From: Patescibacteria group bacterium
Lineage (GTDB): Bacteria; Patescibacteriota; Minisyncoccia; Phycocordibacterales; GCA-2747955
Reading direction: 5' to 3'
DNA: 64,000 bases
Assembly (NCBI GenBank): GCA_048538215.1
Contig: JBLYPV010000001.1
Span: forward strand, 254,196 to 318,195
Part shown: positions 36,455-45,801 of the stretch, piece after piece
How positions within the stretch are numbered: position 1 is the stretch's first letter
Layout: every line of letters starts with the position of its first letter
Position numbers and translations under genes: made by a program
The notes under the pieces: model-generated
What the model was told of the DNA's origin: nothing
What the model saw: only the letters and a program-made list of their open reading frames with translations
Database searches by the model: none

Positions 36455-37099
36455 CTAGTGGACGCAACGAACATAAAGGCCATTGCTCTTATCATTCCGG
36501 TACACACTGCCGTTATTGAGGTTCGTACGATATGCGTTCGTGGGCGCAGACGGCGACTCGACAGACGACCAGTAACTGCTCGCCGTAAAGCCTGCTGGTT
36601 TGGCGCTATCTATATCATATAGAGCTCGGAGCGCCGATGGTCCAGACAGGCGCTTGCCAGCACTCTGGCACGCACTGACTGCGCTCGACCAATTCTGCGT
36701 GCCACCAGTATCTGCATCATCAAAGGTGAAGACACCGGTAGGATCAACAGCATAGTAGGTTTCATTGAGAGTTGCAGCCACGCCAAAGTCGATAGTGGCT
36801 AATTCGGCGCGGTAATCACTATAGGTATCAGTAGAGATCCAACAGGCAGCCCCGTCGCTCTTCTCATCCAAGGCTGTTACCATAGTTTGTACGTGGCTAT
36901 CATTACAGAATCCTTCATAGGTTGAGTTGACACTATAGTAGACTGCTGCTTGGCGGTGGATGTTACTGAGAGATGAGCGGATACCAGCTTCTCTAGCATC
37001 CTCTCGTGCGCTGTTGAGTGAGGCCACGACTCCTAGTGAGAGAATACCAATGATAGCGATGACCACCAAGAGTTCGATGAGAGTAAATCCTTGCTTCAT
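36455..37099 (-). CDS. type IV pilin-like protein (prepilin-type N-terminal cleavage/methylation domain); ORF extends in-frame upstream to 37141
   Basis: MKQG|FTLIELLVVIAIIGIL class III signal peptide; alternative longer leader MTLVFCRGGGSIRNMKQG. Confidence 0.8.
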   Translation of the reverse strand: MKQGFTLIELLVVIAIIGILSLGVVASLNSAREDAREAGIRSSLSNIHRQAAVYYSVNSTYEGFCNDSHVQTMVTALDEKSDGAACWISTDTYSDYRAELATIDFGVAATLNETYYAVDPTGVFTFDDADTGGTQNWSSAVSACQSAGKRLSGPSALRALYDIDSAKPAGFTASSYWSSVESPSAPTNAYRTNLNNGSVYRNDKSNGLYVRCVH

Positions 37100-37112
37100 A
37101 TTCCTAATACTA

Positions 37113-37122
37113 CCCCCCCCCC
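37113..37122 (-). repeat. homopolymeric G10 tract (C10 on + strand) in the pilin leader/5' region
   Basis: Ten consecutive G on the coding strand, 14 nt upstream of the MKQG start and inside the in-frame upstream extension (codes GGG). Confidence 0.8.
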
Positions 37123-37313
37123 GGCAAAAAACAAGAGTCATTATCTACTTGTTTCCACAAATCCAAGCTCAAAACATTATAATAAAATACCAACCATAGT
37201 TTCTATTTTACTATTTTACATTTCTCCCCGAGGTATGAATTTTAAATATCTAACAAGCGCACCGGAAGGTGCGCTTGTTAGATGAAAATTGGTTCTTGAA
37301 AATTAAAAATTTA

Positions 37314-38378
37314 TTATGAATCCAGCCCACGCATCCCCAACCCAATTGCTACTGAAAATTCAGGGCCAGCATCACGCAAAGTATCTTCCAGAAAAGCAGG
37401 TGTATCTACCTTATTAAAGGGATGAGCGATGGACACCTCTGTCTCTAAAGACTCTACCACATAAGGCATTACTCCTTTCAAAATTGAGCCTCCTCCAGTA
37501 AGAATTACCTCTTCGATATTTTTACGATTTGATTTTTGATAGCTTAAGATAATCTTTTTTACTTCGGTAAGAATACGATCAAGGTCTACAGGAATCCGCT
37601 GAGATTCTTCGATTTGTCTTTGTAGCTCTTCTGCTTGAGCAATATTGAGATCTTCTCCAATAGCAGAAAGCTTGCGCTGGGTCTCAAGTGATTTAATCAT
37701 ATTTTGGCTTCCAACAGGAATTACCTGTGATTTTTGCACTATTCCGTACTCTATAATATAGATTTTGGTAATAGAGGCGCCAATATCAATAATAGCTGAG
37801 CTATTATTCTCATGACGCAAAACCGAACGAATAGTGGAGAAGGTCTCGATCTCGAGAAATTGCAGATCAAGCTTTGCTTGATCAGCTATCTCTTTAAATT
37901 TATTAAGAGTATCTTTATGAATAGCAACAACCATTATTGTTTGAAAATTATCTTTTTCTCCGTCATTATTAAGATTAGGAATTATCGACCAGTCCAAAGA
38001 TACTTCTGATACCGATACTGGAATATAGCGCCGAGCTTCCAAACGCACCATTTCATCTAATTTAGAATCAGACATCTTGGGCATTTTCATGTTAAAAACT
38101 AAAGATGATTTAAGTGGGATAGATAGACCAGCCGTGCGCGCATCGACCTGCGACTCACGCAGTAAATCTCGTAGTGCCTCTGCATATTGAGGGGTATCAA
38201 GACGCACAGAGTGCCCGATTTCTTTTCCAGCATATGGCCCTAAAGCAATTTCACCGAATGTATCAAGACTAATAACGCCCTTCTGACGAGAGAGTTGGAC
38301 GACTTTAATAGAAGAAGATCCTATATCAACGCCGACGAATTTATTAGAATGTGATCGCCTAAATAATGAACCGAACAT
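37314..38378 (-). CDS. pilM: type IV pilus assembly ATPase-like protein PilM
   Basis: Actin-like ASKHA fold motifs (FVGVDIGSSSIKVVQL...). Confidence 0.8.
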   Translation of the reverse strand: MFGSLFRRSHSNKFVGVDIGSSSIKVVQLSRQKGVISLDTFGEIALGPYAGKEIGHSVRLDTPQYAEALRDLLRESQVDARTAGLSIPLKSSLVFNMKMPKMSDSKLDEMVRLEARRYIPVSVSEVSLDWSIIPNLNNDGEKDNFQTIMVVAIHKDTLNKFKEIADQAKLDLQFLEIETFSTIRSVLRHENNSSAIIDIGASITKIYIIEYGIVQKSQVIPVGSQNMIKSLETQRKLSAIGEDLNIAQAEELQRQIEESQRIPVDLDRILTEVKKIILSYQKSNRKNIEEVILTGGGSILKGVMPYVVESLETEVSIAHPFNKVDTPAFLEDTLRDAGPEFSVAIGLGMRGLDS

Positions 38379-38399
38379 ATGCTATGGTTATAATATAAG

Positions 38400-39104
38400 A
38401 TGTCTATTATGATACGAGGTACACTAAAAATTGTAACATACCCCTGGAATAAAATTGAACCGCTTATACACTTATGTTTACGAGAAATCTTTGGAGTAAG
38501 CCCTGATTATCACCGTGCTATCCTAGATTATTGGCAAAAAAATGGGATTTATTATTACCGACCATTTCGTGATACTTCTATGGCTACTATTTGTCTTTTG
38601 CCCTACCGTCATCCCTCGGTCCACCACGGTATTTATCAAATGAAATATCGTAACAAAACAAGCTACCTACCACTTTTTGGCCTTCTTATAAAAGATTTCT
38701 TAATTGATTACCTATCTGAGACAAGCCAAACACACCATTTTGTCGATCCCATCCTCCTCGTTGTCCCAAGCTCAAGAAAAAGTATTCGTACTCGAGGACG
38801 ACATCTGACTTATGAATTAGCTCTCCATGCTTGCAAACAAGGATTAGCAGACTGGGTAGAGTACGAGCCTGCACTGCTTGGCCTCGCACGCACTCCTCAT
38901 AAACAAAGTCGTCTTCGCTCCAAACAAGCTCGCCTTGCCAACCCACGAGGTGCTTATCGTATTAAGCATCCTCAACACGTATTTCAACGCAATATTATCT
39001 TACTTGATGATATTTATACTACTGGAGCTACTCTTGATGAAATTAGTAAGATACTCAAGCAAGCAGGGGTATCCAAGATTACACGCATTACTATTGCTCA
39101 CTAA
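38400..39104 (+). CDS. comFC: ComF-family phosphoribosyltransferase-domain competence protein
   Basis: C-terminal PRTase motif IILLDDIYTTGATL. Confidence 0.75.
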   Translation: MSIMIRGTLKIVTYPWNKIEPLIHLCLREIFGVSPDYHRAILDYWQKNGIYYYRPFRDTSMATICLLPYRHPSVHHGIYQMKYRNKTSYLPLFGLLIKDFLIDYLSETSQTHHFVDPILLVVPSSRKSIRTRGRHLTYELALHACKQGLADWVEYEPALLGLARTPHKQSRLRSKQARLANPRGAYRIKHPQHVFQRNIILLDDIYTTGATLDEISKILKQAGVSKITRITIAH

Positions 39105-40170
39105 TGTATCCTTGTACTACCTGCCCCATTGCTTCTACTTGGCTCAGTAGCGATTGTGAATACCCTGTTTCATTATCGTACCAAACCATAATTTTTACGA
39201 GCTTCCCGACTACACGAGTAAAGGCTGGATCAATAATTACTATGTGTCTGTCACCAATAATGTCGGATGATACTATCTGGTCTTCTTCTACCCGCAGGAG
39301 ACCTTGATAGCGATCTTCTTTGGCTGCATCGCGAAATATATTATTGACCTCCTCGGCGCTCGTTTCTCGACTTGAAATAAAAGTAATATCTGCAATTGAG
39401 CCCGTTATTACAGGTACTCGAAGCGCAATACCATCAAATTGATTTTCTAAATCTGGAATAGCTTTGGTAGTAGCAATGGCTGATCCGGTAGATGAAGGAA
39501 TGATATTGACTGCGCCAGCACGCATTTTGCGGTAATCATTCTTGCCCGGCCTTGGTGCATCTACTATTGATTGGCTTGCTGTATAGCTATGGATGGTATT
39601 GAGGAGAGCGCTCTCTACCCCTACTGTTTTGCGCATTATATCCAAAGGTATCCCCCCAGCATTTGTGGTACAGGAGGCATTTGAAGTAATGTCACAACTA
39701 GCAATCTCGTTATCATTGACCCCCATTAAAACAGTAGCCCCTTTGCGATTCACTCCAAAGCTCATTCCCTGTGCATCTTTTACTGGTGCAGAAATGACTA
39801 CACGCTTCGCTCCTGCCTCTAAGTGCGCATTACTTTTTTCAAAACTTGTAAAAACACCTGTGCACTCTGCTACCACATCTACTACTAGCTCCCCCCACGG
39901 CAACTCACCTGGCTCACGAATTGAATAAAAAGGTATAGCTTTTTCTCCTACTTGCAAATAGGAGCTATCGCCTTCTTCTATCGCCTCCACATTAAGCACT
40001 AATTCTTTTTGAGCAGAATCATACTTCAAAAGATAGGCCATATTTTTTACATCTCCTAAATCATTGATAGCGACTATCTCAACAGAGTCACTTTCCTGGG
40101 CAAGCTTGAAAAATAAGCGCCCAATTCGACCAAACCCATTAATAGCTACTCGTATTTTTTTCTTAGACAT
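39091..40170 (-). CDS. gap: glyceraldehyde-3-phosphate dehydrogenase
   Basis: NAD-binding INGFGRIGR, catalytic SCTTNA; start set at MSKKKIRVAING because the ORF-track start at 40257 runs through a terminator hairpin. Confidence 0.9.
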   Translation of the reverse strand: MSKKKIRVAINGFGRIGRLFFKLAQESDSVEIVAINDLGDVKNMAYLLKYDSAQKELVLNVEAIEEGDSSYLQVGEKAIPFYSIREPGELPWGELVVDVVAECTGVFTSFEKSNAHLEAGAKRVVISAPVKDAQGMSFGVNRKGATVLMGVNDNEIASCDITSNASCTTNAGGIPLDIMRKTVGVESALLNTIHSYTASQSIVDAPRPGKNDYRKMRAGAVNIIPSSTGSAIATTKAIPDLENQFDGIALRVPVITGSIADITFISSRETSAEEVNNIFRDAAKEDRYQGLLRVEEDQIVSSDIIGDRHIVIIDPAFTRVVGKLVKIMVWYDNETGYSQSLLSQVEAMGQVVQGYISEQ

Positions 40171-40204
40171 ACACCCATTATACACCACCTGCCCTAGAGA
40201 TTTG

Positions 40205-40262
40205 TACACACAAATAAAAAGGCCCGGATGAGCCCAGCGCCTTGGCGCTGGGCTCATTCCCG
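40205..40262. terminator. GC-rich nested hairpin terminator (CCCGGATGAGCCCAGCGCC-TTG-GCGCTGGGCTCATTCCCGGG)
   Basis: Perfect dyad between the 40266 gene and gap. Confidence 0.7.
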
Positions 40263-40265
40263 GGT

Positions 40266-40904
40266 CTAATCTGCTTGGGCGAGAAGCTTATCAAGCTCCT
40301 CGTGTCCCCGCTGGTAGCGAGGCAACACCTCAGTGGCGAGGAACTCTGCAATTTCCCACTCAGGCATTGAGGCGAGAAACTTTCGAGGATCTTCATGCCC
40401 CATATCCCAAATGATGCCAAAAATAATCAAGCGCATCACTGAGCCTAAGGGGCGATGATGCTCTAACATACCGAGCTCTTCGAGCGTCCACTCGGCTGTC
40501 AGGGCAAAATCATCCTCTGGCAATTCATCTGCATCCGTGGAGAGATACCGATGAAAAGCTCTTTCGCTCGTCCACAGCATCCCGTAATCGCCATTTTCCT
40601 TGCTTTGATACAGGGTGATCTCTGCCATGGCATACCGGCAGTCCATCCGGCAATCTCGCTCCTCCAGCAAGTCATCAATCGATACCATGGCAGTATTGAT
40701 CTTTTCAATCGCCATGGTGTGCTCGCGATATGATGCCTCGATGGGATCAAGCTCTTGTGAAGTGGCTTTGACGGCCACCACCGCGAGCAGAAGCCCGATT
40801 ACAATAAATATGCACAGGCTTCCCCATCCCCAAATGAAGATGGTATCCTGAATCCAATGCTTATACTTTTGCCTCATCACTCCTTTTCCTCCCTTTTTAG
40901 CCAA
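40266..40904 (-). CDS. hypothetical membrane-anchored protein, moderately GC-rich (likely start MRQKYKHW)
   Basis: ORF with one TM helix; GC content above local background. Confidence 0.45.
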   Translation of the reverse strand: MAKKGGKGVMRQKYKHWIQDTIFIWGWGSLCIFIVIGLLLAVVAVKATSQELDPIEASYREHTMAIEKINTAMVSIDDLLEERDCRMDCRYAMAEITLYQSKENGDYGMLWTSERAFHRYLSTDADELPEDDFALTAEWTLEELGMLEHHRPLGSVMRLIIFGIIWDMGHEDPRKFLASMPEWEIAEFLATEVLPRYQRGHEELDKLLAQAD

Positions 40905-40992
40905 GACAAGACTTGACTTTACCCTATAAGAATGTCTTTGTATCCAAGTGTAGCATTATCTAATGCACACGCAAGCGAATGTTGTGTACTTA

Positions 40993-41868
40993 TTATGATG
41001 AGCTATGGACTGGATAGCTCCCTAATACACGCACCAAATCACTATGCTCACGCAGTACCACAAGGGCCCCCAGTGAAGCTGGATCATCTAATTTTCGATT
41101 ATAATCAAGATAAAAAAGATAATCATATGATCCATCTTTGCTTCTACGAGATTCAAGCTTCGACATATTTATTCCTGCTCCTGCAAAGCCCGATATGCAT
41201 TGGTACAAGCTTCCCGCCTCTTCTTTGGCAGCGAAAATAACGGTAGTTTTATATTTTTCATCATTACTATCCTCTATAATATTTTCAAAATTAAAGTGCT
41301 CATCTTTTCGTTTGACTAAAAGAAAGCGAGTGGTGTTGTTATTCTCATTCTGAATTTGTTCTGCCACAATCTCCAAGCCATACATTTCTGCAGCACGCTT
41401 ACTACACACTGCCGCCCGAGTCTTATCTCCCATTTCCGACACCATTTTGGCTGCCCCTGCTGTATCGTGATATGCGAGTGTAGGAATATGATGATTGCGT
41501 AAAAATTCAGAACACTGAGACAGAGCTTGTGTGTGCGAATAAGCAGTAGCAATATCTTGTATCTTTGTTCCTGGAATAACTGCAAGCATATGATCTACCC
41601 GAAAGTAATATTCAGCTATAATCTCTACATCATATTTAAGAAACATATCAATCGCTTGATGCACAGTGCCTGCATGCGAATTAGATACAGGCACCCAGCC
41701 AATTCCTGTACTATGTACTATAGATTCAAAAAGCCCTTCAAAGAAATCTTGCTCCTCAAGAGGGCTTATTGTAATGCCGTATGTATTCGCAAATTCTAGC
41801 AACGATGCTTCGCTGTATGAGCCAGGGATACCCTGGTAAACGACTCGGAGATTCTCCTGCTCATTCAT
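40993..41868 (-). CDS. pheA: prephenate dehydratase with C-terminal ACT domain
   Basis: PDT domain motifs and C-terminal ACT fold; start at MNEQENLRVVYQG. Confidence 0.8.
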   Translation of the reverse strand: MNEQENLRVVYQGIPGSYSEASLLEFANTYGITISPLEEQDFFEGLFESIVHSTGIGWVPVSNSHAGTVHQAIDMFLKYDVEIIAEYYFRVDHMLAVIPGTKIQDIATAYSHTQALSQCSEFLRNHHIPTLAYHDTAGAAKMVSEMGDKTRAAVCSKRAAEMYGLEIVAEQIQNENNNTTRFLLVKRKDEHFNFENIIEDSNDEKYKTTVIFAAKEEAGSLYQCISGFAGAGINMSKLESRRSKDGSYDYLFYLDYNRKLDDPASLGALVVLREHSDLVRVLGSYPVHSSS

Positions 41869-41998
41869 ATTGCGCCAGAGTATATCAGAAGCTAAGCTAA
41901 ATACCAATTGCCTTATCATAATCTATGCGTATAATACAGCCCGACGCGAAATTTCTCGCGTTTGTGCTTTCACTAAGATAAGGGAGGACTATTTGAAA

Positions 41999-42211
41999 AT
42001 GAAGCTCTCGGTCAAAAAAACAAGCGGAGAGGCATTTCTCCGAAGCCTCGAAAAGAAGGTGCTCGAGCTTGATTTTGCCATCAAGCGCGAGGAGAAATGC
42101 CCAGCCCAAAACTGGGCACTTATCCATGAGCTCAAGAAGCAGAGGCTCCTGATCAAGGACAAGATGGCTCTGCTTGAGCGCGAGCTTGCGCCAGACAGAG
42201 CTACCGTCTGA
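41999..42211 (+). CDS. DUF465 (YdcH-like) small coiled-coil protein
   Basis: HELKKQRLLIKDKMALLE matches the DUF465 signature; AAGGGAGGA RBS upstream of MKLSVKK. Confidence 0.6.
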   Translation: MKLSVKKTSGEAFLRSLEKKVLELDFAIKREEKCPAQNWALIHELKKQRLLIKDKMALLERELAPDRATV

Positions 42212-42318
42212 GGTCTGAGAAATGGCGTGGGGGGTCTATTCTCCCCCGCCGACTCACAAAATATATTTTCCGCCCCAACAAATGGGCGTTTTATTTTTTA
42301 AAATTCTGAGGTCGCGGA

Positions 42319-45048
42319 TTAGAATTTTTTTGCCTTTTTGAGGGTTGTGGCAAGGTATTTACCAGTGAGTGACTGGCTATTACTTGCCACCTGTTCTGGT
42401 GTGCCCGTAGCTACAATCTTGCCACCCTTCGCTCCGCCCTCAGGACCAAAATCAATGATATGATCGCAAATTTTAATAAAATCAAGGTTGTGCTCAATCA
42501 CCACTACACTATTGCCTCTCTCTACCAAAAGCTCAAGGATCTGATTGAGCCGAGCCACATCATCGTAGTGTAAGCCCACGGTAGGCTCATCAAGTAAGTA
42601 TATAGTACGCTCGGTAAATGGACGATAAAGCTCTGAAGCAATTTTTACTCTTTGTGCTTCTCCGCCAGATAAGGTTGTCGCTGGCTGACCAATTTTTAAG
42701 TATCCCAGCCCCACTTCATCTAAGGTCTTGAGTCGATCATACACAGCAGGAATATCCTGCCAAAATGCAAGGGCTGTTTGTATATTCATCTCAAGTACCT
42801 CGTGGATATTTTTACCCTTGTAAGTGACCTCGAGTGTTTCTTTGTTGAATCGTTTGCCGTGACACACATCGCAATCTACATATACAGTAGGTAAGAAATG
42901 CATCTCTACTGCTACATAGCCATTTCCTTGACAAGCTTCACAGCGCCCTCCCTTTACATTGAAGCTGAATCTCCCTGGCTTGTATCCTCGTACCCGTGCT
43001 TCAGATGTTTCGGCGAAGATATCACGAATATGGGTAAACATTCCTGTATATGTGGCCGGATTAGATCGTGGAGTACGCCCAATAGGGCTTTGGTCAATGG
43101 AGATGGCCCGAGTAAGATACTCCAAGCCGGTAATTTTGGCACAATTGATAGTCTCAGCACTACGCTTTTTTCTATCGAATGTCTTTTCAAGATTGCGATA
43201 TAAAACATCATGAACAAATGATGATTTACCCGATCCTGATACACCAGTAATAGCCACGAGCTTTCCTAATGGCACCTTGGCATTGAGATTATGTATATTG
43301 TGAATAGAAGCACCAGTAATTGTGATGCTTCCTTTATCACGTGAACGGCGTGATTCTGGCAAGGCAATGCCAATCTCCCCACGCAAATAGCCAAGAGTGC
43401 GAGATTGTGTCGTATTGCTCTTTGCTTCCAATAAATCCTCGAGCCAATCCGATACCACCACCTCTCCCCCATAGATACCGGCCTGTGGGCCAATATCTAC
43501 TAAATAGTCTGCAGAATAGATTACATCTTCATCATGCTCTACTACAATTACAGTATTACCTAAATCTCGTAATTTGTGTAGCGTATGAATCAGTCGGTCA
43601 TTATCACGCTGGTGCAAGCCAATCGTAGGCTCATCAAGTACGTACATTGCCCCAACTAAGCCTGATCCAAGCTGGCTTGCTAGGCGAATTCGTTGTGCTT
43701 CTCCTCCAGATAATGTGCTCGCTCGACGGTCAAGTGTAAGATACTCTATCCCTACATTGAGCATAAAAGAAAGCCGATCAGTAATTTCTTTCATAACTGG
43801 CAAAGAAATACTCGTTTCTTGATCTGATAATTCAAGAGTAGCAAAAAAATCATATGCCTCTTCGATAGTCATAGAGCTAACATCCGCAATATTTTTTCCC
43901 ACAGCTTGGGAATGTGCAAAGTGAGCAATTGGCGAGCTCGCACTTTTCCCTGAGCCGATGAATACTGCTAATGATTCTTTGCGTAGCCGTGTACCACCAC
44001 ACTCAAGACAAGGCTCTTTACCAAAGAAAAATCTACTACCCGTACCATTACATACCTCGCATGCCCCCGCAGGAGAATTAAAGGAAAAAAGTCGTGGCTC
44101 AAGCTCTCCAAAGGAAAAGCCATCGTGTGGACAGGCATACTTAGCAGAAAGCAAAAATTCTTTTTTGATGTCTTGCACCTCTTCTTTATCACTCTTGCTA
44201 TTTGTATCAAATTCTAGTGTCAATTGAATAAGCCCCTCTGATTCATCTAGAGCTTTTTCCACCCCTTCTGCTAACCGTGTATAAAAATCTTTATCCTCTG
44301 TAGCAAACTCTGAAAAATAATATTCATCCATTAATACTTCAATGGTGTGTTTTTTATTTTTACCCAAATTAATTTTTTCTCGTAATGAATACAGCTTGCC
44401 GTCTACTCGTACAAAGGCATAGCCCTTACCAAGCAAGTCATACAAAAGCTGATAGTACTCCCCTTTTCGCTCACGGACTACGGGGGCAAAAAGTAGTATA
44501 CGAGAATTATCAATATCTACCCCCATTACTTTACGACTTGTATGTGATTGTTTGATTGCTTCTCGAGCACCCTCTATTTTTTCTTGTATAAAATGTACTA
44601 TCTCATCTACCGATAGCTTGCTAATCTCTCGCCCACACTCCAAACAATATGGACGCCCAATCCGAGCAAATAACACACGAAGATAATCATAAATCTCAGT
44701 GATAGTAGCAACGGTGGAGCGAGGGTTATTCGAACGAGATTTTTGATCAATAGCAATAGCAGGCGAAAGACCTCGAATTTCGTCTACATCGGGCTTTTGC
44801 ATCTGATTGAGAAACTGGCGTGCATAGGCAGAAAGTGATTCTATGTATCGCCGTTGTCCTTCAGCAAAAATTGTATCAAAGGCTAGTGATGATTTTCCCG
44901 AGCCCGAAAGACCAGTAATAACTACCATTTTGTTGCGCGGTATATACACATCAATATTTTTAAGATTGTGTGTGCGTGCTCCCAAGATAGCTATTTCAGA
45001 AGTACCCTGTGTACCTATATCTCTTTTATTTGATTTTTCCTTACTCAT
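42319..45048 (-). CDS. uvrA: excinuclease ABC subunit A
   Basis: 909 aa, two ABC ATPase modules with zinc-finger insertions. Confidence 0.95.
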   Translation of the reverse strand: MSKEKSNKRDIGTQGTSEIAILGARTHNLKNIDVYIPRNKMVVITGLSGSGKSSLAFDTIFAEGQRRYIESLSAYARQFLNQMQKPDVDEIRGLSPAIAIDQKSRSNNPRSTVATITEIYDYLRVLFARIGRPYCLECGREISKLSVDEIVHFIQEKIEGAREAIKQSHTSRKVMGVDIDNSRILLFAPVVRERKGEYYQLLYDLLGKGYAFVRVDGKLYSLREKINLGKNKKHTIEVLMDEYYFSEFATEDKDFYTRLAEGVEKALDESEGLIQLTLEFDTNSKSDKEEVQDIKKEFLLSAKYACPHDGFSFGELEPRLFSFNSPAGACEVCNGTGSRFFFGKEPCLECGGTRLRKESLAVFIGSGKSASSPIAHFAHSQAVGKNIADVSSMTIEEAYDFFATLELSDQETSISLPVMKEITDRLSFMLNVGIEYLTLDRRASTLSGGEAQRIRLASQLGSGLVGAMYVLDEPTIGLHQRDNDRLIHTLHKLRDLGNTVIVVEHDEDVIYSADYLVDIGPQAGIYGGEVVVSDWLEDLLEAKSNTTQSRTLGYLRGEIGIALPESRRSRDKGSITITGASIHNIHNLNAKVPLGKLVAITGVSGSGKSSFVHDVLYRNLEKTFDRKKRSAETINCAKITGLEYLTRAISIDQSPIGRTPRSNPATYTGMFTHIRDIFAETSEARVRGYKPGRFSFNVKGGRCEACQGNGYVAVEMHFLPTVYVDCDVCHGKRFNKETLEVTYKGKNIHEVLEMNIQTALAFWQDIPAVYDRLKTLDEVGLGYLKIGQPATTLSGGEAQRVKIASELYRPFTERTIYLLDEPTVGLHYDDVARLNQILELLVERGNSVVVIEHNLDFIKICDHIIDFGPEGGAKGGKIVATGTPEQVASNSQSLTGKYLATTLKKAKKF

Positions 45049-45192
45049 TGCTCGGCAATTGTATCATACCTTCAGACTACATTGAGACTAGATCGGGATG
45101 TGCTTCTTACTAAAATATTGACTTTTGGTAATTTTTTGGTTAATTTATTAGCCAAGTGAATATTGTATACACTCAAGTTTCGGGAGGAAACA

Positions 45193-45369
45193 ATGAATGT
45201 AAGTATTGTAAAGACTCTGCCTCGGGACACCATTGATCCGAGGCAAAAAGAACAAGACAATCCAACCTGTCCGTATCATCGAGAGGTACCGATGATTCAA
45301 GGCTTTGACGGAGGAGGCGGTAAGCCTACTCTCTGTCCTGCCTGCGAACGGGAAAAAATGAATTTCTGA
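45193..45369 (+). CDS. small zinc-ribbon protein (58 aa)
   Basis: CPYH...CPAC cysteine pairs; GGGAGGAAA RBS. Confidence 0.4.
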   Translation: MNVSIVKTLPRDTIDPRQKEQDNPTCPYHREVPMIQGFDGGGGKPTLCPACEREKMNF

Positions 45370-45375
45370 ATTCTC

Positions 45376-45410
45376 GAAGCCGGCGCGCTTGCGCGCCGGC
45401 TTTTGCTTTG
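45376..45410 (+). terminator. terminator (AAGCCGGCGCGC-TTGC-GCGCGCCGGCTT + TTT)
   Basis: GC hairpin after the small ORF. Confidence 0.75.
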
Positions 45411-45459
45411 ACTACTACGCTCTCTAGTGCTATCATAAAAATCTGAAAGCTCCTTCTAT

Positions 45460-45762
45460 ATGGGGAGCTATTTTCTATTCTTGGAAAGAAAGGATCTCCT
45501 TATGTTTGATTGCTACGGTGCTCAGTCTACCCATCAAGTGACCAACACCCTGCTTTACTTTCCACCCTTGGTGGGGCAAACGCGCCCCGTCCTAGCATCT
45601 TCGGAATCACGAGCACGAGAATTATATCTCCTGCGTCGCTTCAAGCAGAAGCACCTGAATCTCAATTGTGCAGGTTGTGGGAAATCGGTATTTTTTGCAC
45701 GAAGGATCTGGACTGAACACGAGAATGCTCTCTACTGCGCTAGCTGTGTCAGCCCGGAATGA
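45460..45762 (+). CDS. hypothetical CxxC...CxxC zinc-ribbon protein (start may be internal Met MFDCYG)
   Basis: CAGCG...CASC motif. Confidence 0.4.
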   Translation: MGSYFLFLERKDLLMFDCYGAQSTHQVTNTLLYFPPLVGQTRPVLASSESRARELYLLRRFKQKHLNLNCAGCGKSVFFARRIWTEHENALYCASCVSPE

Positions 45763-45801
45763 ACAAAGCCATATGGGTGTAGCGAAAGCTACACCCATTA
45801 A

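Noticed and set aside
40171-40257. N-terminal 29-aa extension of GAPDH in the ORF track
   Set aside because: It reads through a perfect GC hairpin terminator. The canonical MSKKKIRVAINGFGRIGR start with the NAD-binding motif lies at 40170.
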